Source: the human T2T-CHM13v2.0 reference genome, Homo sapiens
Strand: one strand, 5' to 3'
NCBI RefSeq assembly: GCF_009914755.1
Contig: NC_060926.1
DNA: 64,000 nt
Below are positions 40,064-55,631 of the stretch, one piece after another. Position 1 is the stretch's first letter. Each line of letters begins with the position of its first letter. The notes beneath the pieces were generated by a model that worked only from the letters and a program-made list of their open reading frames with translations, was not told the DNA's origin and ran no database searches. A program made the position numbers and the translations under genes.

Positions 40064-40560
40064 ATATTACCCACACAATGGGTGGGTTCATTGATTGACA
40101 ACTTGGCAGGTGACATTCCAATGACCATATCCAAGGAGGATTTAAAACAGGAATTTATTACTTGCAACAAGAAGGAGGAAACCTGAGATAATCCCCCAAA
40201 GCAGTGCCTTCCTGAACAAAGGTGAAAACAGGGCTTTTATTAGGTGGATTACCTGAGTCACTGTATGTAGGGGTGAAATACTGGCAGTGCAAATGCAGTC
40301 ATGCATCATGCTTCTAATACATCTCATGTATAAAAAATAGCTAGTAAGTTCCTTCCTGGGTGAGGATTTTATTATGGTAATATAGAGAGTTTGCCAAAGT
40401 TCATTTCCAAGTCAGGCATCTCTGGATCTAACCAGTTTTTGTTTTGCTAGGGCTGGGCTTCTTCCTGGGACTTTTCTAAACAGCAGTAACTCAAGGCGAA
40501 ACAGTTATAAGTGGGTGCTTTTTCACAGTGAATACCAGGAAACCAGGGATCCTCGGTTAC
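40064..40560 (-). mobile_element. ERV1-class solo LTR, subfamily unresolved
   Basis: Antisense AATAAA (TTTATT near 40155), GCTTTTAT TATA-like site and LTR-like end GGATCCTCGGTTAC; family guessed. Confidence 0.45.
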
Positions 40561-41281
40561 CCTTATCTTAATATAAACAAGTCTTACTTTGGACAGGAAA
40601 GTAAAGGTGCTGAGGTTAAAAGGTGTAATTGCTGAATTGTAAAATTTAAAGGCTGAAAACAAATGTTGAGAATAAGGACAGATGTACGTTTGGGGTTTAA
40701 AGCTTATAGAATCACTGGGGACCATTTTTGGAAAAGGAAATCAAAATTTTGAATAAAAAATCAAGATGTGAATGTTCATTTAGAACAAAAAAGTAATAGC
40801 AACAAATAGCAAATTTACAAAAGCTAGCAATTGTCACAAATTTCACAAAATCTAGAAAACTGATTTAGCATTTTCATTAATAAACTCATGTTTATAATAA
40901 ACATGTTTACAACACACGTTTAAATGTGCTTAAAACACACTTCAATAATACTGTTTTCTTTCCTATTGTGTTCGTGTTTGTACTCTTTAATTATCTTCAC
41001 ACTTAACAAATTTGCTAAACCATGCTCTATAGAGAACAGAATAACTTAGCCTTTCTTGTAGCCTTTCTTGTAGTATAATTGATTTAAATTTATTTTTTAG
41101 TATTGATAGACTAGAAAAGCTTTTTTCTATATCATAGTTCCTGCTTGGGAATACCACACCAATTTTTTAAATCATTAAAACATTTGAGAACAGTTCTGTC
41201 AAGTTTATTTGACATGCAAGTGGCAAAAGCTGTTCAGGTCTGAGATTTTGCTTTCCTTATAAACGAACAAGTTACCATTAC

Positions 41282-41680
41282 TGTTTCACAGACTATGGGT
41301 CAGAGACAAAAGATAAAGAACTTTATTAGTCATATCAAAAACAGTAGCTAGAGATAAATGTAGGTTTGTACAGGTTTGGGCAGGTTCACCATACCCTCCA
41401 CAGAGGTCACACAAAGATCTTATCATAGATTTATGCACATGCTGTGTGTTGTGTTATAGGAGAGGTATTATAAACTTCAGGGACTCACCACTTTTGTAGT
41501 AAATGGAAGCAAGCCTGCTATTTGTGCAAGGGAAAACGTTACCTCATCCCTCAAGTTTGCTCACTGCAAACAGAACTCTAAGAAATGCCCCATATAGAGT
41601 TGTCAGGGCCTTGCATTTTTGGTGTACCCAGTAAGAATATGCAGTGACGCTCAGGGATCATGGCAGATTTGCCTCTCCCG
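41282..41680 (-). mobile_element. Old LTR nested in the hAT element, family unresolved
   Basis: TG start, antisense polyA signal (CTTTATT) and higher GC than the flanks. Confidence 0.35.
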
Positions 41681-42148
41681 TGAAGAAACTAAAATTTCTG
41701 GGCATTTCAAATTTTCTTATGCAATGGTTCATCTTCAGCACTATTTGAATTGATAATGCTTGTTAACCGATAAGCCACCAGTGTCCTCATTGTGGTGGTT
41801 TATTCTTAGTCTTCCATTCTGTTCGTGTCCTGTGTTAAACAAATAAAAATTTTCTATTTTTTAATGTGTTTTCTAATGAAGAGATTAAATCCTCTTCATT
41901 AATTATATTACTAGAAATCCAACAGTCTGCTATCATTTCTATTACAAATATAACACTTCTTTAAGAAATACCGTTCTTGCTATAATCTGAAAAATATTGT
42001 TACAATTCAATTCTCTGTGTCAGAATAATTTCTGTTGGTTTTTTGGTCATCATGGCACTATGATGAAATATGCTTTACATTCTATTATATTTTTACCTGA
42101 AACTTTTTCACCTTTTTGAAAGAAAATAGACCTAAAGATGACAAAAGA

Positions 42149-42881
<733 letters not shown>

Positions 42882-44989
42882 ATATATTTAAAGGATTTCT
42901 AATCTCATCATCGTTTTGTTAAAACGTTTCAAAATGCTTTTCCATAGTATAGTAATATTCCCAATTCAGTTTTCCCTTAGCTATAACCTAAGGATGTCCA
43001 TTCTACTCCCTTGTCACTTCTATAAGAGAGAAAGTAGAATGAAGGGTAAAACCATTGTGAAGGGATACTGGTCTTAGGCACATGTAAATACAAATTTTAC
43101 TCAAAAAGTGACCATGTTGATACCTTGCTTGGAATCATTCAGTTCATCTTTGAAGGATTGATAATCCTTAAAATACTTCTGTAAGAAGAATGCTAAAGCA
43201 CTTTCACATATGTAAACTGACTCTCTCCAAGTTGCCTTACCTCCTTTGATTACCCTTTTCCTTAACTTCAAGGTAAATAATTGCTTCTCCATGCCATGAT
43301 TTCAGGAAGTTCAATTTCCCCTCTGGGCTCATCTCCTTCTCCCAGACTGCTCACATCTGCGATGTTACATGCTCCTGGGATTACTGCACAGCTGCTCTAG
43401 GCTAAACTGAGTTGGGTCATACTGACCCATGGTTTCTCCATGTTGCTGAGGTCTTTCTATAATCATTTGCCACGAAGGTGGTACTACTAATACAAACTTT
43501 TACTACCTACGTAGGTTTTGCTGAAGACTTGACAGCAATAGATGGATTTACTGACAGAGGAAGAATGAAAAAATAAATTAACTTAGAATTTAGTACCAGA
43601 TAGAATTGCTTCTAGAGTTCATTAGTCAGAAATCTACCTTCACAGAAAATTCCTAAGGGTGAGTTTTTCTTCTAAGACCCTTCTGGCATGTTATCTGATC
43701 CTCTTTAGTCTCTGCTTTCATATCTTCTTCTACTTTAAGATTCAAAGCAGGAAAAAGAAAAATTTAAAAACCCTCTCTCCAGTTCCCTCTGGAGTAAGAT
43801 AATTAATAGGTTACCCTTTCCCTAGTAGTGTTTTGAATTTTATGCTGTATTAATCAAGTCCTCTTTCTTTCAAACTATCTCTTCTGGTCTAGGCTCTAGG
43901 CCTCACCTCTGAATAGCCACATAATATCTTGATCCACAAATAAAATAATATTTATCCTGCTCCAAATTAAATTATTTATCCTGTTAGCAGAAGTGGACAC
44001 CGATTGCTGTAAAATATATAAACAGTCATTTTTCAGATTTTTCAGATCCATCAAAGATTCTGGAATCTTGGAGCAGGTCTCCTGAGATCTTCCTGGCTCA
44101 CATTTATATGTATATATATATCCTCAGGGACACTGCAGCCTAGAGCAGAAAGCAAGAGTCACCGTTTTACGTTACTGAATCTAAGCCAGTTACCTTGTGA
44201 ACATTACGCCTGCAATTAAATTGGTCCCATCCAATCAACTGTGGGCAAGAGGTCAACATCACATGTTGCAAAGAACATGTCTGCACCTGTTCATAAGGAA
44301 CCACCTCTAACTTCTGCAGAGGTAGAACAATTATTAAGTGCACTGGTTCCCTCAGATGGAAACTGTGGTGTATATGTTTATTATACCTGGAAAGTGTCTA
44401 ATGCATTGGAAATCCAAGAGTGACATAAACCTCACATTATTCAGTTTCAAAAAAAAAAAAAAAAGGCTTCTAAGTAAGCCCTAGGTTACATCACATAAGG
44501 TGCCAAATGTTGATTTCTCAGGCCAGTGAAGAATAAACTCAAATAAATAAATGTTTCATGTGGCAAGAAGAAAGTGGTGGAAAAATCCGAATCCTGTAAT
44601 TTCTAATATCTTTAAAATGGCACTGAGAATGTCAGCCCTCATTAGTGCTTTCAGTTTAATGGAGGTAATAAGCTAAGGGGTGTTGCAGAAGCTGAAGGAA
44701 AAGTTCAAAGACGTGAAGAAATCCATTCTCAGGAAAATACTAATTTATTTTCCATTTTCCTATAAAAATAAAACAAGGGAAAAAATTTCCTAAGGGTCTT
44801 TTCATCCTGGAAGAAAAAAGACCCAATTTTTGCTCTACTCCCTCATTAGGCATTGTGGTGGCTCTCTGATTTTGTTTGTCTTGAAATTTTATTTAAATCT
44901 TTTACTATTAAGTATTCTGTATGTTTAATACAAGCCTCCTCAACTTGATACAAGCAAACCAGGGCAAGGATCATCTTTAATGCTTCTAA

Positions 44990-45540
44990 CAATTCATTTG
45001 TTATCTACATATTGTGAGCAACTGAATAGAAGGTAAAATATAGAATTAAATGATGAGGGAGATATACTTTTACATTATTCCAGGCCCTGGGGATACAGCA
45101 GTGAATGGAATAGATAAGATTCTTGCTCAGATGTTGGTTCCATTCTACTGTGATTAGGGAAAGAGAGCCAGACAATGGACAAAGAAACAAATAAATACTC
45201 AAAATAAAATTAGAGAATTATAGGTACCATGCAGGAATTGAAAAGAGATAATAGGCTATAGAGAGGGTATACATGTGTGGAGGGGTTATTTTAGATAAGT
45301 GGATCAGATAGGCTTCTCTCAGAAGGTGAGATCAAAGCTCAGAAATGAACAATGGAGGATAAGCCAGCTACATGAATATTTGGGCAAAGAACATTCCCAG
45401 CACAGTATTTCAGTAAGGATAAAAACACTATGGTTGGAATGATACTGACATTATCAAGGAAAATAAACAAGGCTGCTCTGTCAAGAGTGCATATGGGAGA
45501 CTGGAGTTAGAAGCCAGGAGTGCATGGCCTCATGTAGAAG
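44990..45540 (-). mobile_element. L2 LINE 3' region
   Basis: ATTCATTTG...CCTGGGGATACAGCAGTGAAT...GGCTTCTCTCAGAAGGTGAGAT...GAACATTCCCAGCA, antisense L2. Confidence 0.75.
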
Positions 45541-47937
45541 GAGTTAGTTATGCCTAAATCTTTCTTCCAAACTCAATTCTGCATCTTTAACTCTACCTGC
45601 CTGTCACACCAAACTTCCTTCACACTGAGAAATGAGGCAAAGAAATGGGAGAGAGAATAAACATGGTGATCAGATTGTAGGGTGCTGCTTACCTGCAGAA
45701 GGCTAATAAACAGAAGCATTTGCCTGTTTATTTTACATCCTTTTTGCTTAAGAGAATAGATAAGGGAAAATTTGTACTGAACTTATCATGCAGGTCTTCC
45801 AATGGCCAATCCAGTGATATTTCGACTGCACCTCTGGGAACAACACAATGTGTGTGTTTAACGTAATAAAATAGTAGAATCCAGAACCATCTGCGAGGAC
45901 CTTGACATTGGTCCTGAAGGGGTGTCGTCTGAAAACGGCAGTCTTTCTGAAACAAAGCTGGTTCAATACCACCTAGAACCAGTTTTAACTGGACTCATGG
46001 AAGCATAGGAAAATAAACTCAGCAATAGCCCTAGCCTAACTCCAAAAAAAGATTGAGAAGTAAAAAGTTAATAACCCAACATCCCCCTCTTTTTCTTCCC
46101 GTGTGTTCACTTGGCACAAGCTGCTGTCCTCACATGGCCTTTGCAAACAGAGAATGGAGGGATTCTTTTGCCTGTTTGGCTTCATTTACATGTTTGAACT
46201 CTCTGCTAACACAATTTCAAATGTGTGGGAAAATGAAGTCGCATTTCATTAAGAATAATGAAAAGGGCATTTGGGTTCAGAATTTCTATTGTGGGTTGAG
46301 ATAGCTGTGCAGCTTTTAATCATGGTGGCTCCTTTCATATCTGTGTATTCCTTGCAATGTGAAAAAATTAGAATCTGTTCTAAGTGTATTAGAATGTGGA
46401 AAAAAATTTTTACAAAACTTTTTTTAAGTGGTTTTTATATTATTACTATAATAAAAAAGAAAAAAAGAGAGAAGAGCATGCCCTCTTCTTATCAGATTCA
46501 TGTTGTTACTATAGTCATACCGTTGCCAGTAGCCTTTCAAGGCACTTGCTTCTAATTCGATTTTTATTAATGCTTGGCAAAAATGAGAGTTGGAGCCTTA
46601 TATCTTTTTGTTACAAATATCCTTCCATTTAGGATCTGCCTTGGGAACTTTGATGCTGCAGGTAGGAGATTGCTAAATAATCATCAAAATTGGATTCGAC
46701 AAAGCCATTTAGTAGTGTTCAGTCTACCAGGGCTCAATGGTGCATTTTTCCCAGCAAGTTTTTTGCATGTCTGCTCTGCTTTCCTTGACGTGAGTAATTA
46801 TGCTCCTGTAGCTAAGTTAAGGAGGTAATTTCAGCCAACAATTCATGACTGTATTTTTTGCAGTCCTGAATGTTGCTTTTCAGGACTAATTTGAAACACA
46901 TGCTATAGGCCTCATGCAAACCACGTAAATGACTTAAAATTATATTTTGGACTCAAATTTCCATCAGTTTTAGAATTTCCTAGATGCGGTGAGCATGAAA
47001 GAGAATCCACAGGCAAATGGGCTAAGGGGAATTTACTATTCTCCACAAGGTTTACCACCAATTTCAGGCCTCTCACAGTGTTTATTGCAGCCAAAACCAC
47101 ACTGGTCCCCAAATATGCTCTTTTGGTTAAATAGTCTATCCAAGTATTTACACCAAGCCTGCTTATGGTTTTGTCTAACATCCAGAAAAGGCTAAGATTT
47201 CACTAAACACTGAAGAAAACCAGCAGAGAACAAAAAAGGAATAAAAAACGAAAACGCATGAACTATATTGTCATCTAGCTTACAACATAAAGAATTCTGA
47301 ATTTACCTGGAAATGCTAGGACCCCACTCCATCTCCTGTTTGTGGGAATGTTTCTCTTAGTGTTTCATTTCCTTTCCAGCAGCTGCAGCCCTTTGAGGAT
47401 TACCTTATATACCTACTCACCTCTTGGGAAAACACAGGTGTTAAAAGAAATGGATTTAACACAATTCCTGGCCACCTCCTCCCCCTCCTGCCTAGACCAG
47501 AAACAGTTCCTACACTTCTGGTACTCATCAAAATATGAAGGTACATTCTAGTCACTGATGTGATCTGTGTCTACTAATAAGGGAAAGGTCAACTACTGCT
47601 TCCTAATGTCTGGGGAAATGGGCTATTGTTGAAGCCTGTTTGATGAGGTTGGAGTAGAGACTGCAAGAATAATTGGGGAAGTGAGCCTGTGCACTTTTTC
47701 GGAAGACAGATGGATGCATATTCTATATAAGGAAAGTTAAAAAATCAAGTGTATGGTCCCGGAATATGCATGTGTATGGTGGGGTGGGAGGGTGGAGGTT
47801 GAGAATAAGATGCAAGGAATGAGGGTGTGAGATAAGTGAATCTAAAGGGAAAAGGAAAGGGAAAGCTCGGAAACCAAATGACACCAACACAGGCAGAGAT
47901 GTAAGGTTGTGAAAGTTGCTGCGGAAACAGTTTAGAC

Positions 47938-48123
47938 GAGTTGTTCTCAAACTTGAGGGTACATCGGAATCCCCAGGAAGGCCTGTGCAAACAGACTCTT
48001 GGTCTCCAGCACAGAATCTCTGATTCAGGGAGTCTGGAGTGGGGCCCAAGAATCTGCATGTCTAAGACGTTTCCAGATTTTGCTGGGGCTGTTGGTCAGG
48101 GGACCACACTTCGAGAATCATTG
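47938..48123. mobile_element. MER5A hAT-Charlie MITE
   Basis: GTTCTCAAACTT...TCTGATTCAG...GGGCCCAAGAATCTGCAT...GGACCACACTTCGAGAATCATTG. Confidence 0.9.
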
Positions 48124-48879
48124 GTTTGGCCTCTGCTTCTATGCATAGTCTATATATAGTATCGGATCTCAGCAAGAATGTGATAAATGACATTTGTGTT
48201 CATTTCTTCCAGATGCCTTTTCCTATGCAACCCTTCCATGTCTTTCTCCCCCTACTGACAGGTATCCAGTTTTTCAGCTATAGGTATTATTATTATGCAT
48301 GACCCTCCCTATTGCTTCAAGAATACTACCATTTGCTATTTACAGAGTCTCACTAGGCTGCTCCACATTCTTAACATGTATGCCAGTCACATGTTGCATC
48401 AAATGCTTTTGGGAAATTCTTCTAAGTGCATCGTTAAATGAGTTTAAAATGAAAGATATTCTTAAATGGAGTTGGGCTGTAGGTGTCACCTTAGACAGTT
48501 TAATAAAAGGCAAACATTGCAAGGAAAAGGTAAAGATCTCAGTGCAGGAGTTAGTTTGGGACAATGTCCTCCCTTTCTGAGGTTTCTCAAACCCTCCCAG
48601 GTATCTGACTGTGTCTTTTGCCATCATATAAGGCCAGTCCTATATGTGCAGATGGACAGAGAGCGGGGATTTTGGCGGTTAGTCCTGTTTGCATGTGCAT
48701 GACCATTAAGACTTTTCTTATCACCCTCCTCTATCATTTATTTGTTGAGACAGAGCAGGCTTAGTGTCTCCACAGCACTGCCTAATGACCTTCCTGCCTC
48801 ACTCTCTTCCTTCCCCTGAGGACCTATAATTAGGTGCAGCCTTTCTTGACGCTTTCTCTCGAACACAACAGTGGCAGCT

Positions 48880-49423
48880 ATGGTGGTGTCTGCACAGATC
48901 CTCCTTCAAGAGAGAGCCTGCTATGAGTGGCTCTTCGCTGATAGCCTCCAGTGCTAAACCTCCCGGATGTCTCAGCATTCACACCGAGGGGGTGTGGCCG
49001 TGGCTGCTCCCAGCCAGTGGCTGAGGGACTTAAGCAGAGTCATTTATGCCTGTTGTGAGGATCCTCTAACAGGTGGCATTGCTCTGGGCCCAGCGCCTGC
49101 TTGGCTGACACTTTCTCAGGACTGCCCTGTGGTTTAAGCACTTCCTCTCCCATCCTCACCATGCCCTGTCCCATCTTAGGAGACCTGCCTCTGGTCTGAA
49201 GCTTTCCCTGCCTACTCCTGTTCTTTCAGCTCTACCTTCACAGGCATTTCCCCCAATGAATTTCTTGCTCTCTTTTTTCATTGTTTCAACCTTTCTCTCT
49301 ATTTTTATATTTTTAATTTTAATCTTGTAGACTGGGGAGGCACAGCCTTCACTACAAGTGAGTGTGCTCTCCCTATTTCTTGGCTCTCTAATTCTTTCTT
49401 GGTATCTTGGACCCAAACTGACA
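48880..49423 (+). mobile_element. LTR16-like ERVL LTR
   Basis: CAGATCCTCCTTCAAGA start; CCTTCACAGGCATTTCCCCCAATGAATTTCTTGC and GGACCCAAACTGACA end. Confidence 0.6.
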
Positions 49424-51549
49424 CCATGACCAAATGCTGTCATACTTTTTGGAATCAGATTCAAAGTCCTTATCCATGCCAGACTGACCTATCCAGAACT
49501 TCCTTTCTCCTCCTACTCCATTCACCTACCACAGTGTCAGCCCCTAACCATGCTCTTCATACATACACATACACAAATTTTTAGCTATGGACTAAGGCCT
49601 GAACTCTTCTAGCATGACAAAAATGGCGACTCTGTTCATACTACTACAGAAACGTAAGGAAGGCTCTCCAGTAAGCATAGGCAAAGCTATTATGAATCAG
49701 GAAATGCACGATGTACTCTCAGTTTTGAAACAGAGGTGGTATGTGTGTGCCTCTCTCTATACCTATCCTAACTGGAGGCACGTGAAAATGGGTGAAGGTA
49801 TTTCTGGAGATCGCATTGATTGAGGAGTGGTAACATTGCTTAATGTGTGCAGCAAGAAACCCCAAATGCATTGTCCAGAGAAATCTCATATATCAAAGAA
49901 TTGTCCTGCTCACAATGCCTGAGAAAGCCCACCTTGAGAGGCCATATAACTGGGAGATTATTTAGCATTTCTAGGTCTTGACATCTACAAAAATAGGAAT
50001 GTTAAAAATACTTGCTCCTAAGACAAGGTGTAGCATACAGTAAATGCTCAATTAATACTACTTTCTATTTTTCCCCCTTCTTTTCCCTGCTGTATCTCAT
50101 GGGTTGTTGTGAGGATCACATGTGATAATAAATGTGAAACTACTGTGTCATCAATAAAGCTCTACACATGTGTACTGTAGTTACAATGTGGATGGCAGAC
50201 TACTTAGTATAATCTTATTTTAGAGAAAGTCAAACAAACACATAGTTCGGGTACATTTCTCAAATTCAAAACTGCACCTATGAAAGATCCTTTTTAAAAT
50301 AGATTGTTTCACTTATGCACATGAGTGCAGGCTTTCCAACCATCACCTGAACCTATTTTTGCTGGATATCATAGTAGCTTTCCTCAGAGCCCAGTGCTGG
50401 AATCCAAGGGCATGCCAAGGCTGTTCTGATAAATGTATTGTATACAGAAAAGGTTAATGTATTCAGTTCCTATTTAATTGAAAATCCCCAAGGAACAAGT
50501 CGTCTTTTGTAGGAGGAGCAAAGGGAAACAGAGGAAGCAGCTGGGTAAGTTGAATTATTTCTCCTGTTTTCCCCTGCTTCTTCCCCTACCCTAACCAAGA
50601 ACAGTCCTTACACTTCTTCTAATACCCATCAGATAAAAAATAACTTGCATACAGTTATCGAAAATAGAAAATACATGTATATACTCAGAAATCTGCTTTA
50701 TGATTATTTTCTTTACCCAAATCACCTGCATGGGTTGTACCTTGTACGGACGTGCACTTCAGTCTGGATCCTCTTCTCTTTTCAGACTTGGTGGACTACT
50801 TACAGCATCAGAACTATAGTGCTTTTGCTGGTGAAAACAGGCTGTGTACTTGAACAGTGTTGTTAGGATAACACTTCCTGAAAGTTACTGGATGCTTAAT
50901 AAATATGGGAAGAATATAATTGAAATTCGGTGATCTATGGGTAAATTTGACTTTCCAAATTTCTGCTTTCCCTTTGCCACTTCCCTGCCAGATGGCAGGA
51001 ACTACATGTCTCAGAGAGAGAGAGAGACAGAGAGAGAAATAGAAAAGGAAGGACAGCGAGAAATATATTTTACACACTAAGGAAAGATTATATCTTTTTA
51101 AAGATATTACCACAGATATATTTTAATTGCTGATTATAGTTTTTGCCAATTTGCTCACTGCAGACAACACTATTGTCAAAATTTGTCTGATCATCTGTTA
51201 CAATACCAGACACAGTTTTATTAATATGGACTTTATGATGACAATAAAAGGATTGCTTGAGAATAATTGAACACACCCCATAGAATAAGAATGATAAACT
51301 ATATAATTAAATTGCTCGGGATTATATAATACAACAAACTACTAATCCAAACAGTGTTTGCCTTCTTTAGGGAATTGAGAAAAACTGTAACCACATGTAG
51401 TTAAAGAAAATACCGCTATTTTGGTCGTATTTGAATGTTCTTTCTTGTTCATTGTCACTAACTTACCTCTGTCTTATGGTCTTCTTTTTTCAGGCACAGG
51501 CACATGGGATGGTATGGTTACTGATACCACCTCACTTTAAGTAGAACAT

Positions 51550-51800
51550 CTTAATCAGTGGCCAGGTGCATGTGCTCTGGAGCCTGGTTTCTCAGTTCAA
51601 AGACTGGTTTTGTCATTAACAAACTGTATGACCTTGGGCAAGTTACTTTAGCTATTTATGCCTCAGTCTTTTCTTCTGCAAAAATAGAGTGATAATAGGA
51701 CCTATCTCATAGCGTTGTTGCAAATGTTAGAGTTAAAAATTATAATATTCAAACAGTGTTTGTCACAAACTGAATGCTCCATGTATTTGAGTTATTTTTC
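51550..51800 (+). mobile_element. MIR SINE
   Basis: TGTATGACCTTGGGCAAGTTACTTT...GCCTCAGTCTTTTCTTCTGCAAAAATAG core. Confidence 0.8.
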
Positions 51801-51855
51801 TTATGTATTATGTTTTGAGGTCTTGTCTAATGCGCCCGGCAGTAATACATTTTTA

Positions 51856-52180
<325 letters not shown>

Positions 52181-52467
52181 GTGATTATTTTAATCTTGAC
52201 TCAAATATATAAACTCATTAATTTGTCTCAGTAATTTCAGCCTAGTAAATGTAATTGGATTTGTATTTATGATTCAAAACCTTGCAAGTCATCATTTAAA
52301 GTTAGATTCTTACTTTACCATCATCATCATTGTCACCATTATCATTATCATTACCAAAATAACATACACTTATTATGTACCAGGCTTGTTTCAATTATTT
52401 TACCAAATTAATCCTCACAACAGCCCTGTGGGGTAGGAACATTATTGTAATCCCCATTTTATGGTAG

Positions 52468-52665
52468 AAATGCTTGACTTACAACGGGGTTACATCTGAT
52501 AAACTCATCATAAGTCAAAAATGCATTTAATACTCTGATAATCCCATTGTAGAGTTGAAAAATTATAGGTTAAACCATTGTAAGTCCAGATGCTCCTCAA
52601 CTTACAATGGAGTTATATCCTACTAAACCCATTGTAAAGTTCGAAATACTCAAAGTCTAACCATT
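52468..52665. mobile_element. MER47/Tigger5-family element inserted in an antisense MIR (about 52340-52800)
   Basis: Repeated GACTTACAA..GGGGTTACATC..GATAAACTCATC and CAGATGCTCCTCAACTTACAATGG units; MIR core CCCCATTTTA|...|GGAAACTGAGGCACAG is split around it. Confidence 0.75.
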
Positions 52666-52830
52666 TGATATAGGAAACTGAGGCACAGACAAAGCACAAA
52701 ACTTGCTTCAGGCACGCTGATAGCCTGTGGTAGAATCAGCATGCAAACTTAGGTTAATAGGCACCAAGTCTGAGCCCTAACTACTCTGTGATGCTGTCTC
52801 TCAGGACTGCTCAGTGTTGAAAAGAGTTGA

Positions 52831-53126
<296 letters not shown>

Positions 53127-53256
53127 TTGTTTTGTTTTTGGTAACCATTAATATTAGATGGTTTTCTTGTGACTCACCTTTCTCTCTGAAAGGTCAAGAG
53201 TCACAAAATATTAAAGTCATTCTTTTGTATGATACAATGTATCATTAACATCATGG

Positions 53257-53446
53257 TTCTTTTACTCAGTATTAATCAACACTCTTTCTTTCTTCCGTGC
53301 CTAGAATTGTGCTTACTTTGACAAAGGAGATTAGTAAGCACTGGGGAATAATAGAATACCTGATAATGAAGATAATGATGATGATGATGACTATGGTGAT
53401 TATGACAGCTGCTTTTCATTGACTATGTCCTTTTGTTACATTGTAT
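53257..53446 (+). repeat. Probable source copy of dispersed duplication (pair at 55632-55846)
   Basis: About 190 bp at roughly 90% identity to 55632-55846. Confidence 0.95.
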
Positions 53447-54605
53447 GTTAAAACTTTCTACAATTTAGGGGGTAGATGCATCTTTTTATCCCAGTTATAT
53501 ATTGTGTGAGAATGTGCAATAAAGTAGTTTCACTGAGGTCAGATCTTGGAGAATTCAGAAAATCAAATTGAAGAAGTTAAATCTTTTTTTAAGTGTAGTA
53601 GGAAAAAAAAGGGAGTTACTATTTATGAAAAAGTCAATCTGTATATCACATTATGAAGTTAAATTTTGGACAAATTAGCAAACATTTAGTCCATCTAATC
53701 ATCTACTGTTAGCTTCTTTTTAATTTAAAATCAAAATCAAAGCCAAAAACAAACAAATTTACTGCTGATACTATTTTAGCCTCCAGAGGCTTTTATGAGG
53801 GCTTTCTTGGGAGTACAGTTTATCAACTCTTTCTCCACTTTAGAAAGAGTACCCTAGCTCGGGGTTGGACATTTTACTCTGAATATTTGTGTGTTTGCAT
53901 GCTCTGCTTGTGTTGGAAAGTTTTGGAATAATTCATAAACATTACTAACCCCATTATGTCTAGGAAATTCAAAAGCAGCAAGAAGGCAGATCATATGAAA
54001 TGGCATATTAAATGGGTACACATCAGCTGAATGTGTTTTATGTACGCATGATTCAATGGATTGTCCTTACTGCTTTGTGAATCTTTATTTAAAATGGAGA
54101 ACCCTCTGTGGGGGTTGCAAAGAAGACCTCAAGGCAGCTTTTGATTCATGTTACTCCTCTGATTATAAGAATTTATTATCAATAGTTAACAGTCAAATAT
54201 GGTTTGATACAGTGTATAAATACACTGCACAATAAAGTCCAGTGAAAGTATTACATCTGATTTATCATGGTATTTCTATCATTTGACTCATACTAATTTT
54301 CAAAAGCTAGATATACTTTGATTCACATCAACTTGCCATTAATTTTTAACCATATGATTTTACATAGGCATGACTGACAATCCAAGTTATTTTAGTTCTG
54401 TATTTTATTTTTAATATTCAATTGTGTTACACCTGCTTGCAAAACCTTGAGTACAATCATAACAAAATATGTAGAATTACAAAATCAATACAAATTTTTA
54501 AAAAAATTCTATTTGGAGTTAAAATACAAAACTTGAAATGATAAAAACAAAAAAACACAACAAAAAATGAACAACACCTTCAGAGGGAGAAGTTAATAAT
54601 GATAT

Positions 54606-55216
54606 TGAAGCAGCTACATTGTCTGGAGTATATACCCTGGGGTTCGTAGTTGCCCGCCAGGAAAATTTAGGACACAGACACACACAAAGCGTTTGGGAGC
54701 AGAGATTTAATAGGCAGAAGAGAAAAGAAAGAGAGACAGCTCTCTCTCTGTAGAGGGAGGGGTCTCTGAATGGAAAGGACCAGCTGGGTGGTGGATGCTC
54801 TGAACTTTATAGTCAGGTTTGAGGAGGTGGTGTCTGATTTACATAGAGCTCACACACTGGTTTGATCAGGTATGACATTTACATAGTTCTTGGAGAAGGC
54901 TGGTCGCCCCATGCTAATCTTATTTTGCAGATGGGCTTTCCAGTTGATCAGCCATCTTGTCTACTTCTTCCTGTACACGTGGCTTGCAAAAAGAAGGAAA
55001 GATGGAGCTGCCATCTTGAAAATGTCTAGTCCTTAGTTCCTGCCAGCATTCACCATGCAAGTTCCCAGCTTGCTTGTCTATGTCTGCAGCTCGACTTTAT
55101 AGGCTGCTCTTTGTTAGAAGATGATTTGAGGCTTCTTTTTATTAAAAAGAAAAGCCTTACCAAGGACTTCCCTACCCTCACTTTGCATAAGTGATTTCTT
55201 CTTAACTTCTGTATCA
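54606..55216 (-). mobile_element. LTR9-family (HUERS-P3) solo LTR
   Basis: Minus strand TGATACAGAAGTTAAGAAGAAATCACTT...CTAACAAAGAGCAGCC...GAGCTGCAGACATAGACAAGC...GCTGCTTCA; 4-bp TSD ATAT. Confidence 0.88.
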
Positions 55217-55631
55217 ATATTAGGGGAACTGACCACATAGCTTATTTTGAGCTTCCAGGTGGTCAAAACAAACAGGCACTCTAGAAGAGTGACATCTATC
55301 ATCTTTTTATGTTTGCTATCTGAACTTAGAACTTCACGTTTATTTCTGTTGAACTGTATCTTCTTGATTCAGTTCAGAATTCACGGATACCTGGATATAT
55401 GATAAAATATTCTCTATTCCCAGCGGATTCTATCAAAATATAGAAAGATATTGCATATGAATATTACATCAAGCTAATTCTTGATCACCTTAGAAGGAAG
55501 AGGTCAAGGCCTTGACAGAAGGAGACACAGCACATGGGAGTTTAGTTTTAATACTGGGCAAAGTAAGGCAGTCTGGAAGGCTAAGTCCTAGGAGCAGGGA
55601 ATGGGTGTTATACATCATATATTATTGATTA

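Noticed and set aside
49324-49358. Hairpin CTTGTAG...GGAGGC-ACA-GCCTTC...CTACAAG as a small RNA
   Set aside because: The stem is short and bulged, and I recognise no tRNA, Y RNA, snoRNA or miRNA features.
52468-52665. Spaced direct repeats resembling a small CRISPR-like array
   Set aside because: They match the internal repeats of MER47/Tigger5-type elements; there are no unique spacers or cas genes, and the DNA is eukaryotic.
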